Of a stretch of 64,000 nt of DNA, positions 32,401-50,724 are shown piece by piece. The number at the start of each line of letters is the position of its first letter. The first letter of the stretch is position 1. A program made the position numbers and the translations under genes. The notes under the pieces are model-generated. The model made no database searches, was not told where the DNA came from, and was given only the letters and a program-made list of their open reading frames with translations. This DNA is from Eledone cirrhosa (taxonomy: Eukaryota). The stretch is taken from positions 368,404,001 to 368,468,000 of the forward strand of contig OZ024742.1 of assembly GCA_964016885.1 (NCBI GenBank). Direction: 5' to 3'.

Positions 32401-35400
32401 CAACACTACCAATACTACAACCACTACTACCATCACTACCAATACTACTACTACCACTACCATCACTACCAATACTACTACCACTACTACCATCACTACC
32501 AATACTACTACTACCACTACCATCACTACCAATACTACAACCACTAATACCATCACTACCAATACTACAACCACTAATACCAACACTACCAATACTACAA
32601 CCACTACTACCATCACTACCAATACTACTACTACCACTACCATCACTACCAATACTACAACCACTACTAGCATCACTACCAATACTACAGCCACTACTAC
32701 CATCACTACCAATACTACAACCACTACTACCATCACTACCAATACTACAACCACTACTACCATCACTACCAATACTACAACCACTACTACCATCACTACC
32801 AATACTACTACTACCACTACCATCACTACCAATACTACAGCCACTACTACCATCACTACCACTACTACAGCCACTACTACCATCACTACCAATACTACAA
32901 CCACTACTACCATCACTACCACTACTACAGCCACTACCTTCACTACCAATACTACAACCACTACCTTCACTACCAATACTACAACCACTACTAGCATCAC
33001 TACCAATACTAAAACCACTACTACCATCACTACCAATACTACTACTACCACTACCATCACTACCAATACTACAACCACTACCATCACTACCAATACTACA
33101 ACCACTACTACCATCACTACCAATACTACAACCACCACTACCATCACTACCAATACTACAACCACCACTACCATCACTACCAATACTACTACTACCACTA
33201 CCATCACTACCAATACTACAACCACTACTACCATCACTACCAATACTACTACTACCACTACCATCACTACCAATACTACAACCACTACTACCATCACTAC
33301 CAATACTACAACCACTAATACCAACACTACCAATACTACAACCACTACTACCATCACTACCAATACTACTACTACCACTACCATCACTACCAATACTACA
33401 ACCACTACTACCATCACTACCAATACTACAACCACCACTACCATCACTACCAATACTACAGCCACTACTACCATCACTACCAATACTACAACCACTAATA
33501 CCAACACTACCAATACTACAACCACTACTACCATCACTACCAATACTACAACCACTAATACCAACACTACCAATACTACTACTACCACTACCATCACTAC
33601 CAATACTACAACCACTACTACCATCACTACCAATACTACAACCACCACTACCATCACTTCCAATACTACAGCCACTACTACCATCACTACCAATACTACA
33701 ACCACTACTACCATCACTACCAATACTACAACAACTAATACCAACACTACCAATACTACAACCACTACTACCATCACTACCAATACTACAACCACTAATA
33801 CCAACACTACCAATACTACTACTACCACTACCATCACTACCAATACTACAACCACTACTACCATCACTACCAATACTACAACCACCACTACCATCACTAC
33901 CAATACTACAGCCACTACTACCATCACTACCAATACTACAACCACTACTACCATCACTACCAATACTACAACCACTAATACCAACACTACCAATACTACA
34001 ACCACTACTACAATCACTACCAATACTACAACCACTAATACCAACACTACCAATACTACTACTACCACTACCATCACTACCAATACTACAACCACTACTA
34101 CCATCACTACCAATACTACAACCACTACTACCATCACTACCAATACTACAACCACTAATACCATCACTACCAATACTACAGCCACTACTACCATCACTAC
34201 CAATACTACAACCACTAATACCAACACTACCAATACTACTACTACCACTACCATCGCTACCAATACTACAACCACTACTACCATCACTACCAATACTACA
34301 ACCACTACTACCATCACTACCAATACTACAACCACCACTACCATCACTACCAATACTACAACCACTAATACCAACACTACCAATACTACAACCACTACTA
34401 CCATCACTACCAATACTACTACTACCACTACCATCACTACCAATACTACAACCACTACTACCATCACTACCAATACTACAACCACCACTACCATCACTAC
34501 CAATACTACAGCCACTACTACCAACACTACCAATACTACAACCACTACTACCATCACTACCAATACTACAACCACTAATACCAACACTACCAATACTACA
34601 ACCACTACTACCATCACTACCAATACTACTACTACCACTACCATCACTACCAATACTACAACCACTACTACCATCACTACCAATACTACAACCACCACTA
34701 CCATCACTACCAATACTACAGCCACTACTACCATCACTACCAATACTACAACCACTAATACCAACACTACCAATACTACAACCACTACTACCATCACTAC
34801 CAATACTACAACCACTAATACCAACACTACCAATACTACTACTACCACTACCATCACTACCAATACTACAACCACTACTACCATCACTACCAATACTACA
34901 ACCACCACTACCATCACTACCAATACTACAGCCACTACTACCATCACTACCAATACTACAACCACTACTACCATCACTACCAATACTACAACCACTACTA
35001 CCATCACTACCAATACTACAACCACTACTACCATCACTACCAATACTACAACCACTACTACCATCACTACCAATACTACAACCACCACTACCATCACTAC
35101 CAATACTACAACCACCACTACCATCACTACCAATACTACAACCACCACTACCATCACTACCAATACTACAACCACCACTACCATCACTACCAATACTACA
35201 ACCACTACTACCATCACTACCAATACTACAACCACTACTACCATCACTACCAATACTACAACCACTACTACCATCACTACCAATACTACAACCACTAATA
35301 CCATCACTACCAATACTACAACCACTACTACCATCACTACCAATACTACAACCACTACTACCATCACTACCAATACTACAACCACCACTACCATCACTAC

Positions 35401-38400
35401 CAATACTACAACCACTACTACCATCACTACCAATACTACAACCACTACTACCAACACTACCAATACTACAACCACTACTACCAACACTACCAATACTACA
35501 GCCACTACTACCATCACTACCAATACTACAACCACTACTACCATCACTACCAATACTACAACCACCACTACCATCACTACCAATACTACAGCCACTAATA
35601 CCATCACTACCAATACTACAACCACTACTACCATCACTACCAATACTACAACCACTACTACCAACACTACCAATACTACAACCACTACTACCAACACTAC
35701 CAATACTACAACCACTACTACCAACACTACCAATACTACAACCACTACTACCAACACTACCAATACTACAACCACTACTACCAACACTACCAATACTACA
35801 ACCACTACTACCAACACTACCAATACTACAACCACCACTACCATCACTACCAATACTACAACCACCACTACCATCACTACCAATACTACAGCCACTAATA
35901 CCATCACTACCAATACTACAACCACCACTACCATCACTACCAATACTACAACCACCACTACCATCACTACCAATACTACAACCACTACTACCATCACTAC
36001 CAATACTACAACCACCACTACCATCACTACCAATACTACAACCACTAATACCATCACTACCCATACTACAACCACTACTACCATCACTACCAATACTACA
36101 GCCACTACTACCATCACTACCAATACTACTACCACTACTACCATCACTACCAATACTACTACTACCACTACCATCACTACCAATACTACAACCACTAATA
36201 CCATCACTACCAATACTACAACCACTAATACCAACACTACCAATACTACAACCACTACTACCATCACTACCAATACTACTACTACCACTACCATCACTAC
36301 CAATACTACTACCACTACTACCATCACTACCAATACTACTACTACCACTACCATCACTACCAATACTACAACCACTAATACCATCACTACCAATACTACA
36401 ACCACTAATACCAACACTACCAATACTACAACCACTACTACCATCACTACCAATACTACTACTACCACTACCATCACTACCAATACTACAACCACTACTA
36501 GCATCACTACCAATACTACAGCCACTACTACCATCACTACCAATACTACAACCACTACTACCATCACTACCAATACTACAACCACTACTACCATCACTAC
36601 CAATACTACAACCACTACTACCATCACTACCAATACTACTACTACCACTACCATCACTACCAATACTACAGCCACTACTACCATCACTACCACTACTACA
36701 GCCACTACTACCATCACTACCAATACTACAACCACTACTACCATCACTACCACTACTACAGCCACTACCTTCACTACCAATACTACAACCACTACCTTCA
36801 CTACCAATACTACAACCACTACTAGCATCACTACCAATACTAAAACCACTACTACCATCACTACCAATACTACTACTACCACTACCATCACTACCAATAC
36901 TACAACCACTACCATCACTACCAATACTACAACCACTACTACCATCACTACCAATACTACAACCACCACTACCATCACTACCAATACTACAACCACCACT
37001 ACCATCACTACCAATACTACTACTACCACTACCATCACTACCAATACTACAACCACTACTACCATCACTACCAATACTACTACTACCACTACCATCACTA
37101 CCAATACTACAACCACTACTACCATCACTACCAATACTACAACCACTAATACCAACACTACCAATACTACAACCACTACTACCATCACTACCAATACTAC
37201 TACTACCACTACCATCACTACCAATACTACAACCACTACTACCATCACTACCAATACTACAACCACCACTACCATCACTACCAATACTACAGCCACTACT
37301 ACCATCACTACCAATACTACAACCACTAATACCAACACTACCAATACTACAACCACTACTACCATCACTACCAATACTACAACCACTAATACCAACACTA
37401 CCAATACTACTACTACCACTACCATCACTACCAATACTACAACCACTACTACCATCACTACCAATACTACAACCACCACTACCATCACTTCCAATACTAC
37501 AGCCACTACTACCATCACTACCAATACTACAACCACTACTACCATCACTACCAATACTACAACAACTAATACCAACACTACCAATACTACAACCACTACT
37601 ACCATCACTACCAATACTACAACCACTAATACCAACACTACCAATACTACTACTACCACTACCATCACTACCAATACTACAACCACTACTACCATCACTA
37701 CCAATACTACAACCACCACTACCATCACTACCAATACTACAGCCACTACTACCATCACTACCAATACTACAACCACTACTACCATCACTACCAATACTAC
37801 AACCACTAATACCAACACTACCAATACTACAACCACTACTACAATCACTACCAATACTACAACCACTAATACCAACACTACCAATACTACTACTACCACT
37901 ACCATCACTACCAATACTACAACCACTACTACCATCACTACCAATACTACAACCACTACTACCATCACTACCAATACTACAACCACTAATACCATCACTA
38001 CCAATACTACAGCCACTACTACCATCACTACCAATACTACAACCACTAATACCAACACTACCAATACTACTACTACCACTACCATCGCTACCAATACTAC
38101 AACCACTACTACCATCACTACCAATACTACAACCACTACTACCATCACTACCAATACTACAACCACCACTACCATCACTACCAATACTACAACCACTAAT
38201 ACCAACACTACCAATACTACAACCACTACTACCATCACTACCAATACTACTACTACCACTACCATCACTACCAATACTACAACCACTACTACCATCACTA
38301 CCAATACTACAACCACCACTACCATCACTACCAATACTACAGCCACTACTACCAACACTACCAATACTACAACCACTACTACCATCACTACCAATACTAC

Positions 38401-40171
38401 AACCACTAATACCAACACTACCAATACTACAACCACTACTACCATCACTACCAATACTACTACTACCACTACCATCACTACCAATACTACAACCACTACT
38501 ACCATCACTACCAATACTACAACCACCACTACCATCACTACCAATACTACAGCCACTACTACCATCACTACCAATACTACAACCACTAATACCAACACTA
38601 CCAATACTACAACCACTACTACCATCACTACCAATACTACAACCACTAATACCAACACTACCAATACTACTACTACCACTACCATCACTACCAATACTAC
38701 AACCACTACTACCATCACTACCAATACTACAAGCACCACTACCATCACTACCAATACTACAGCCACTACTACCATCACTACCAATACTACAACCACTACT
38801 ACCATCACTACCAATACTACAACCACTACTACCATCACTACCAATACTACAACCACTACTACCATCACTACCAATACTACAACCACTACTACCATCACTA
38901 CCAATACTACAACCACCACTACCATCACTACCAATACTACAACCACCACTACCATCACTACCAATACTACAACCACCACTACCATCACTACCAATACTAC
39001 AACCACCACTACCATCACTACCAATACTACAACCACTACTACCATCACTACCAATACTACAACCACTACTACCATCACTACCAATACTACAACCACTACT
39101 ACCATCACTACCAATACTACAACCACTAATACCAACACTACCAATACTACAACCACCACTACCATCACTACCAATACTACAACCACTACTACCATCACTA
39201 CCAATACTACAACCACCACTACCATCACTACCAATACTACAACCACTACTACCATCACTACCAATACTACAACCACTAATACCAACACTACCAATACTAC
39301 AACCACTAATACCATCACTACCAATACTACAACCACTACTACCATCACTACCACTACTACAGCCACTACTACCATCACTACCAATACTACAACCACCACT
39401 ACCATCACTACCAATACTACAGCCACTACTACCATCACTACCAATACTACAACCACTACTACCATCACTACCAATACTACAACCACTACTACCATCACTA
39501 CCAATACTACAACCACCACTACCATCACTACCAATACTACAACCACCACTACCATCACTACCAATACTACAACCACCACTACCATCACTACCAATACTAC
39601 AACCACCACTACCATCACTACCAATACTACAACCACTACTACCATCACTACCAATACTACAACCACTACTACCATCACTACCAATACTACAACCACTACT
39701 ACCATCACTACCAATACTACAACCACTAATACCAACACTACCAATACTACAACCACCACTACCATCACTACCAATACTACAACCACTACTACCATCACTA
39801 CCAATACTACAACCACCACTACCATCACTACCAATACTACAACCACTAATACCAACACTACCAATACTACAACCACTAATACCATCACTACCAATACTAC
39901 AACCACCACTACCATCACTACCAATACTACAACCACCACTACCATCACTACCAATACTACAACCACCACTACCATCACTACCAATACTACAGCCACTACT
40001 ACCATCACTACCAATACTACAACCACTACTACCATCACTACCAATACTACAACCACTACTACCATCACTACCAATACTACAACCACTACTACCATCACTA
40101 CCACTACTACAGCCACTACTACCATCACTACCAATACTACAACCACTACTACCATCACTACCACTACTACA
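26333..40171 (+). CDS. Putative Thr-rich mucin-like glycoprotein repeat exon, segment 1 (4613 stop-free codons, no ATG)
   Basis: The frame opens after TAA at 26330-26332: NTPSNINSTDKTTATTTITNITTITNTITTTTIT(TNTTTTTTIT)n. All indels over 13.8 kb are multiples of 3. Coding status is inferred, not proven: ACN codons are at least 2 substitutions from a stop, and triplet slippage also preserves frame. Confidence 0.45.
26341..26360 (+). promoter_or_regulatory. Candidate spliceosomal branch point (TTCTAAC) and 3' splice acceptor (CAG at 26353-26355 or 26358-26360)
   Basis: CTAAC at 26343-26347 matches the yUnAy branch consensus. There is no AG from 26288 to 26353, and two CAGs follow. The polypyrimidine tract is poor and branch-to-AG spacing is short, so this is tentative. 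Confidence 0.3.
31441..39130. repeat. Near-perfect 3831-bp tandem higher-order duplication in the 30-bp array
   Basis: Markers recur at +3831: CAT codon 32231/36062, AAA codon 33011/36842, CACTTCC 33655/37486. 3831 = 128 x 30 - 9, matching three 27-bp units per copy. Confidence 0.92.
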
Positions 40172-41781
40172 CCACTACCTTCACTACCAATACTACAACC
40201 ACTACTACATCACTACCAATACTACAACCACTACTACCATCACTACCAATACTACAACCACTACTACCATCACTACCAATACTACAACCACTACTACCAT
40301 CACTACCAATACTACAACCACTACTACCATCACTACCAATACTACAACCACTACTACCACCACTACCAATACTACAGCCCACTACTACCATCACTACCAA
40401 TACTACAACCACTACTACCATCACTACCAATACTACAGCCACTACTACCATCACTACCAATACTACAACCACTACTACCATCACTACCAATACTACAACC
40501 ACTACTACCATCACTACCAATACTACTACTACCACTACCATCACTACCAATACTACAACCACTACCATCACTACCAATACTACAACCACTACTACCATCA
40601 CTACCAATACTACAACCACTACTACCATTACTACCAATACTACTACTACCACTACCATCACTACCAATACTACAACCACTACCATCACTACCAATACTAC
40701 AACCACTACCATCACTACCAATACTACAACCACTACTACCATCACTACCAATACTACAGCCACTACTACCATCACTACCAATACTACTACTACCACTACC
40801 ATCACTACCAATACTACAACCACTACTACCATCACTACCAATACTACTACTACCACTACCATCACTACCAATACTACAACCACTACCATCACTACCAATA
40901 CTACAACCACCACTACCATCACTACCAATACTACAGCCACTACTACCATCACTACCATCACTACCAATACTACAGCCACTACAATCACTACCAATACTAC
41001 AGCCACTACCATCACTACCAATATACAACCACTACTACCATCACTACCAATACTACAACCACCTACTACCATCACTACCAATACTACAACCACTACTACC
41101 ATCACTACCAATACTACAACCACCACTACCATCACTACCAATACTACAGCCACTACTACCATCACTACCATCACTACCAATACTACACACTACCAATACT
41201 ACAACCACTACTACCATCACTACCAATACTACAACCACTACTACCATCACTACCAATACTACAACCACTACTACCATCACTACCAATACTACAACCACTA
41301 CTACCATCACTACCAATACTACAACCACTACTACCATCACTACCAATACTACAACCACTACTACCACCACTACCAATACTACAACCACTACTACCATCAC
41401 TACCAATACTACAACCACCACTACCATCACTACCAATACTACAACCACTACTACCACAACTACCAATACTACAACCACTACTACCATCACTACCAATACT
41501 ACAACCACTACTACCATCACTACCAATACTACAACCACTACTACCATCACTACCAATACTACAACCACTACTACCACCACTACCAATACTACAACCACTA
41601 CTACCATCACTACCAATACTACAACCACTACTACCATCACTACCAATACTACAGCCACTACTACCATCACTACCAATACTACAACCACTACTACCATCAC
41701 TACCAATACTACAACCACTACTACCACCACTACCAATACTACAACCACTACTACCATCACTACCAATACTACAACCACTAT

Positions 41782-44700
41782 ACCATCACTACCAATACTA
41801 CAACCACTACTACCATCACTACCAATACTACAACCACTACTACCATCACTACCAATACTACAACCACTACTACCATCACTACCAATACTACAACCACCAC
41901 TACCATCACTACCAATACTACAGCCATTACTACCATCACTACCAATACTACAACCACTACTACCATCACTACCAATACTACAACCACTACTACCATCACT
42001 ACCAATACTACAACCACCACTACCATCACTACCAATACTACAGCCATTACTACCATCACTACCAATACTACAACCACTACTACCATCACTACCCATACTA
42101 CAGCCACTACCATCACTACCAATACTACAACCACTACTACCATCACTACCAATACTACAACCACTACCATCACTACCAATACTACAACCACTACTACCAT
42201 CACTACCAATACTACAGCCACTACCATCACTACCAATACTACAGCCACTACTACCATCACTACCAATACTACAGCCACTACCATCACTACCAATACTACA
42301 ACCACTACTACCATCACTACCAATACTACAGCCACTACCATCACTACCAATACTACAGCCACTACTACCATCACTACCAATACTACAACCACTACTACCA
42401 TCACTACCAATACTACAACCACTACTACCATCACTACCAATACTACAGCCACTACTACCATCACTACCAATACTACAACCACTACTACCATCACTACCCA
42501 TACTACAACCACTACTACCATCACTACCAATACTACTACCACTACTACCATCACTACCAATACTACAACCACTACCATCACTACCAATACTACAACCACT
42601 ACTACCATCACTACCCATACTACAACCACTACTACCATCACTACCCATACTACAACCACTACTACCATCACTACCCATACTACAACCACTACTACCATCA
42701 CTACCCATACTACAACCACTACTACCATCACTATCAATACTACAACCACTACTACCATCACTACCCATACTACAACCACTACTACCATCACTACCAATAC
42801 TACAACCACTACCATCACTACCAATACTACAACCACTACTACCATCACTACCCATACTACAACCACTACTACCATCACTACCCATACTACAACCACTACT
42901 ACCATCACTACCCATACTACAACCACTACTACCATCACTACCAATACTACTACCACTACTACCATCACTACCAATACTACAACCACTACTACCATCACTA
43001 CCAATACTACTACCACTACTACCATCACTACCAATACTACAACCACTACTACCATCACTACCAATACTACAACCACTACTACCATCACTACCAATACTAC
43101 AACCACTACTACCATCACTACCAATACTACAACCACTACTACCATCACTACCCATACTACAACCACTACTACCATCACTTCCAATACTACAGCCACTACT
43201 ACCATCACTACCAATACTACAGCCACTACTACCATCACTACCCATACTACAACCACTACTACCATCACTACCAATACTACAACCACTACTACCATCACTA
43301 CCCATACTACAACCACTACTACCATCACTACCAATACTACAACCACTACTACCATCACTACCAATACTACAGCCACTACTACCATCACTACCCATACTAC
43401 AACCACTACTACCATCACTACCAATACTACAACCACTACTACCATCACTACCCATACTACAACCACTACTACCATCACTACCAATACTACAACCACTACT
43501 ACCATCACTACCAATACTACAACCACTACTACCATCACTACCCATACTACAACCACTACTACCATCACTACCAATACTACAGCCACTACTACCATCACTA
43601 CCAATACTACAACCACTACTACCATCACTACCAATACTACAACCACTACTACCATCACTACCAATACTACAACCACCACTACCATCACTACCAATACTAC
43701 TACCACTACTACCATCACTACCAATACTACAACCACCACTACCATCACTACCAATACTACTACCACTACTACCATCACTACCAATACTACAGCCACTACT
43801 ACCATCACTACCAATACTACAACCACTACTACCACCACTACCAATACTACAACCACTACTACCACCACTACCCATACAACTACCACTACTACCATCACTA
43901 CCCATACTACAGCCACTACCATCACTACCAATACTACTACCACTACTACCATCACTACCAATACTACTACCACTACTACCATCACTACCAATACTACAAC
44001 CACTACTACCATCACTACCAATACTACAGCCACTACCATCACTACCAATACTACTACCACTACTACCATCACTACCAATACTACAACCACTACTACCATC
44101 ACTACCAATACTACAACCACTACTACCAACACTACCAATACTACAACCACCACTACCATCACTACCAACACTACAACCACTACTACCATCACTACTAATA
44201 CTACAACCACTACTACCATCACTACTAATACTACTACCACTACTACCATCACTACTAATATTACTACCACTACTACCATCACTACCAATACTACAACCAC
44301 TACTACCATCACTACCAATACTACAACCACTACTACCATCACTACCAATACTACAACCACTACTACCATCACTACCAATACTACAACCACTACTACCACC
44401 ACTACCAATACTACAACCACTACTACCATCACTACCAATACTACAACCACTACTACCATCACTACCAATACTACAACCACCACTACCATCACTACCAATA
44501 CTACAGCCACTACTACCATCACTACCAATACTACAACCACTACTACCATCAGTACCAATACTACTACCACTACTACCATCACTACCAATACTACAACCAC
44601 TACTATCATCACTACCAATACTACAACCACCACTACCATCACTACCAATACTACAACCACTACTACCATCACTACCAATACTACAACCACCACTACCATC

Positions 44701-47700
44701 ACTACCAACACTACAACCACTACTACCATCACTACTAATACTACAACCACTACTACCATCACTACTAATACTACTACCACTACTACCACCACTACCAATA
44801 CTACAACCACTACTACCATCACTACCAATACTACAACCACTACTACCATCACTACCAATACTACAGCCACTACTACCATCACTACCAATACTACAACCAC
44901 TACTACCATCACTACCAATACTACAACCACTACTACCATCACTACCAATACTACAGCCACTACTACCATCACTACCAATACTACAACCACTACTACCGTC
45001 ACTACCAATACTACAACCACTACTACCATCACTACCAATACTACAACCACTACTACCATCACTACTAATACTACTACCACTACTACCACCACTACCAATA
45101 CTACAACCACTACTACCATCACTACCAATACTACAACCACTACTACCATCACTACTAATACTACTACCACTACTACCGTCACTACCAATACTACAACCAC
45201 TACTACCATCACTACCAATACTACAACCACTACTACCATCACTACCAATACTACAACCACTACTACCATCACTACCAATACTACAACCACTACTACCATC
45301 ACTACCAATACTACAACCACTACTACCATCACTACCAATACTACAACCACTACTACCGTCACTACCAATACTACAACCACTACTACCATCACTACCAATA
45401 CTACAACCACTACTACCATCACTACCAATACTACAGCCACTACTACCACCACTACCAATACTACAGCCACCACTACCATCACTACCAATACTACAGCCAC
45501 TACTACCATCACTACCAATACTACAGCCACTACCACCATCACTACCAATACTACAACCACTACTACCATCACTACCAATACTACAACCACTACTACCATC
45601 ACTACCAATACTACAACCACTACTACCATCACTACCAATACTACAACCACTACTACCACCACTACCAATACTACAACCACTACTACCATCACTACCAATA
45701 TTACAACCACTACTACCACCACTACCAATACTACAACCACTACTACCATCACAACCAATACTACAACCACTACTACCATCACTACCAATACTACAACCAC
45801 TACTACCATCACTACCAATACTACAACCACTACTACCATCACTACCAATACTACAGCCACTACTACCACCACTACCAATACTACAGCCACTACCATCACT
45901 ACCAATACTACAACCACCACTACCATCACTACCAATACTACAACCACTACTACCATCACTACCAATACTACAACCACTACTACCACCACTACCAATACTA
46001 CAGCCACTACTACCATCACTACCAATACTACAGCCACTACTACCACCACTACCAATACTACAGCCACTACCATCACTACCAATACTACAACCACCACTAC
46101 CATCACTACCAATACTACAACCACTACTACCACCACTACCAATACTACAACCACTACTACCATCACTACCAATACTACAACCACTACTACCATCACTACC
46201 AATACTACAACCACTACTACCATCACTACCAATACTACAACCACTACTACCACCACTACCAATACTACAGCCACTACTACCATCACTACCAATACTACAG
46301 CCACTACTACCACCACTACCAATACTACAGCCACTACCATCACTACCAATACTACAACCACCACTACCATCACTACCAATACTACAACCACTACTACCAC
46401 CACTACCAATACTACAACCACTACTACCAACACTACCAATACTACAACCACTACTACCATCACTACCAATACTACAACCACTACTACAATAACTACCAAT
46501 ACTACAACCACCACTACCATCACTACCAATACTACAACCACTACTACCATCATTACCAATACTACAACCACTACTACCATCACTACCAATACTACAACCA
46601 CTACTACCACCACTACCAATACTACAGCCACTACTACCATCACTACCAATACTACAGCCACTACTACCACCACTACCAATACTACAGCCACTACCATCAC
46701 TACCAATACTACAACCACCACTACCATCACTACCAATACTACAACCACTACTACCACCACTACCAATACTACAACCACTACTACCAACACTACCAATACT
46801 ACAACCACTACTACCATCACTACCAATACTACAACCACTACTACAATAACTACCAATACTACAACCACCACTACCATCACTACCAATACTACAACCACTA
46901 CTACCATCATTACCAATACTACAACCACTACTACCATCACTACCAATACTACAACCACTACTACCACCACTACCAATACTACAGCCACTACCATCACTAC
47001 CAATACTACAACCACTACTACCACCACTACCAATACTACAGCCACTACCGTCCCTACCAATACTACAACCACTACTACCATCACTACCAATACTACAGCC
47101 ACTACCATCACTACCAATACTACAACCACTACTACCGTCCCTACCAATACTACAACCACTACTACCATCACTACCAATACTACAGCCACTACCATCACTA
47201 CCAATACTACAACCACTACTACCATCACTACCAATACTACAACCACTACTACCATCACTACCAATACTACAACCACTACTACCACCACTACCAATACTAC
47301 AACCACTACTACCATCACTACCAATACTACAACCACTACTACCATCACTACCAATACTACAACCACTACTACCATCACTACCAATACTACAACCACTACT
47401 ACCACCACTACCAATACTACAACCACTACTACCATCACTACCAATACTACAACCACTACTACCATCACTACCAATACTACAACCACTACTACCACCACTA
47501 CCAATACTACAACCACTACTACCATCACTACCAATACTACAACCACTACTACCACCACTACCAATACTACAACCACCACTACCATCACTACCAATACTGC
47601 AACCACCACTACCATCACTACCAATACTACAACCACCACTACCATCACTACCAATACTACAACCACTACTACCATCACTACCCATACTACAACCACTACT

Positions 47701-50700
47701 ACCATCACTACCAATACTACAACCACCACTACCATCACTACCAATACTACAACCACCACTACCATCACTACCAATACTACAACCACTACTACCATCACTA
47801 CCCATACTACAACCACCACTACCATCACTACCAATACTACAACCACTACTACCATCACTACCAATACTACAACCACCACTACCATCACTACCAATACTAC
47901 AACCACTACTACCATCACTACCAATACTACAACCACTACTACCATCACTACCAATACTACAACCACTACTACCATCACTACCAATACTACAACCACTACT
48001 ACCACCACTACCAATACTACAGCCACTACCATCACTACCAATACTACAACCACTACTACCGTCCCTACCAATACTACAACCACTACTACCATCACTACCA
48101 ATACTACAACCACTACTACCATCACTACCAATACTACAACCACTACTACCATCACTACCAATACTACAACCACTACTACCATCACTACCAATACTACAAC
48201 CATTACTACCACCACTACCAATACTACAGCCACTACCATCACTACCAATACTACAACCACTACTACCGTCCCTACCAATACTACAACCACCACTACCATC
48301 ACTACCAATACTACAACCACCACTACCATCACTACCAATACTACAACCACTACTACCATCACTACCAATACTACAACCACTACTACCATCACTACCAATA
48401 CTACAACCACCACTACCATCACTACCAATACTACAACCACTACTACCATCACTACCAATACTACAACCACTACTACCATCACTACCAATACTACAACCAC
48501 TACTACCATCACTACCAATACTACAACCACCACTACCATCACTACCAATACTACAACCACCACTACCATCACTACCAATACTACAACCACTACTACCACC
48601 ACTACCAATACTACAACCACTACTACCATCACTACCAATACTACAGCCACCACTACCATCACTACCTATACTACAGCCACTACTACCATCACTACCAATA
48701 CTACAACCACTACTAACATCACTACCCATACTACAACCACTACTACCTTCACTACCACTACTACAACCACTACTACCATCACTACCAATACTACAACCAC
48801 CACTACCATCACTACCAATACTACAACCACCACTACCATCACTACCAATACTACAACCACTACTACCACCACTACCAATACTACAACCACTACTACCATC
48901 ACTACCAATACTACAGCCACCACTACCATCACTACCTATACTACAGCCACTACTACCATCACTACCAATACTACAACCACTACTACCATCACTACCCATA
49001 CTACAACCACCACTACCATCACTACCAATACTACAACCACTACTACCATCACTACCAATACTACAACCACTACTACCATCACTACCCATACTACAACCAC
49101 CACTACCATCACTACCAATACTACAACCACTACTACCACCACTACCAATACTACAACCACTACTACCATCACTACCAATATTACAACCACTACTACCATC
49201 ACTACCAATACTACAGCCACTACTACCATCACTACCAATACTACAGCCACTACTACCATCACTACCAATACTACAACCACCACTACCATCACTACCAATA
49301 CTACAACCACCACTACCATCACTACCAATACTACAACCACTACTACCATCACTACCAATACTACAGCCACTACTACCATCACTACCCATACTACAACCAC
49401 TACTACCATCACTACCAATACTACAACCACTACTACCATCACTACCAATACTACAACCACTACTACCATCACTACCAATACTACAACCACTACTACCTTC
49501 ACTACCAATACTACAACCACTACTACCACCACTACCAATACTACAACCACCACTAACATCACTACCTATACTACAGCCACTACTACCATCACTACCAATA
49601 CTACAACCACTACTACCTTCACTACCAATACTACAACCACTACTACCACCACTACCAATACTACAACCACTACTACCACCACTACCAATACTACAACCAC
49701 CACTACCATCACTACCAATACTACAGCCACTACTACCATCACTACCAATACTACAACCACTACTACCTTCACTACCAATACTACAATCACTACTACCATC
49801 ACTACCAATACTACAGCCACCACTACCATCACTACCTATACTACAGCCACTACTACCATCACTACCAATACTACAACCACTACTACCACCACTACCAATA
49901 CTACAACCACCACTACCATCACTACCAATACTACAACCACTACTACCACCACTACCAATACTACAACCACCACTACCATCACTACCAATACTACAACCAC
50001 TACTACCATCACTACCAATACTACAACCACTACTACCATCACTACCAATACTACAACCACTACTACCACCACTACCAATACTACAACCACCACTACCATC
50101 ACTACCAATACTACAACCACTACTACCATCACTACCAATACTACAACCACTACTACCATCACTACCAATACTACAACCACCACTACCATCACTACCAATA
50201 CTACAACCACTACTACCATCACTACCAATACTACAACCACCACTACCATCACTACCAATACTACAACCACTACTACCTTCACTACCAATACTACAACCAC
50301 TACTACCATCACTACCAATACTACAACCACTACTACCTTCACTACCAATACTACAACCACTACTACCACCACTACCAATACTACAACCACTACTACCATC
50401 ACTACCAATACTACAACCACTACTACCATCACTACCAATACTACAACCACTACTACCATCACTACCAATACTACAACCACCACTACCATCACTACCAATA
50501 CTACAACCACTACTACCTTCACTACCAATACTACAACCAATACTACCATCACTACCAATACTACAACCACCACTACCATCACTACCAATACTACAACCAC
50601 TACTACCATCACTACCAATACTACAACCACTACTACCATCACTACCAATACTACAACCACTACTACCATCACTACCAATACTACAACCACTACTACCATC

Positions 50701-50724
50701 ACTACCAATACTACAACCACTACA
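41782..50724 (+). CDS. Putative Thr-rich repeat frame, segment 2 (about 2980 codons), after the frameshift cluster
   Basis: Same (TNTTTTTTIT)n frame with no stops seen. It is bounded by a 1-nt deletion at ~41780 and a 13-nt deletion at ~50723. Confidence 0.38.
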
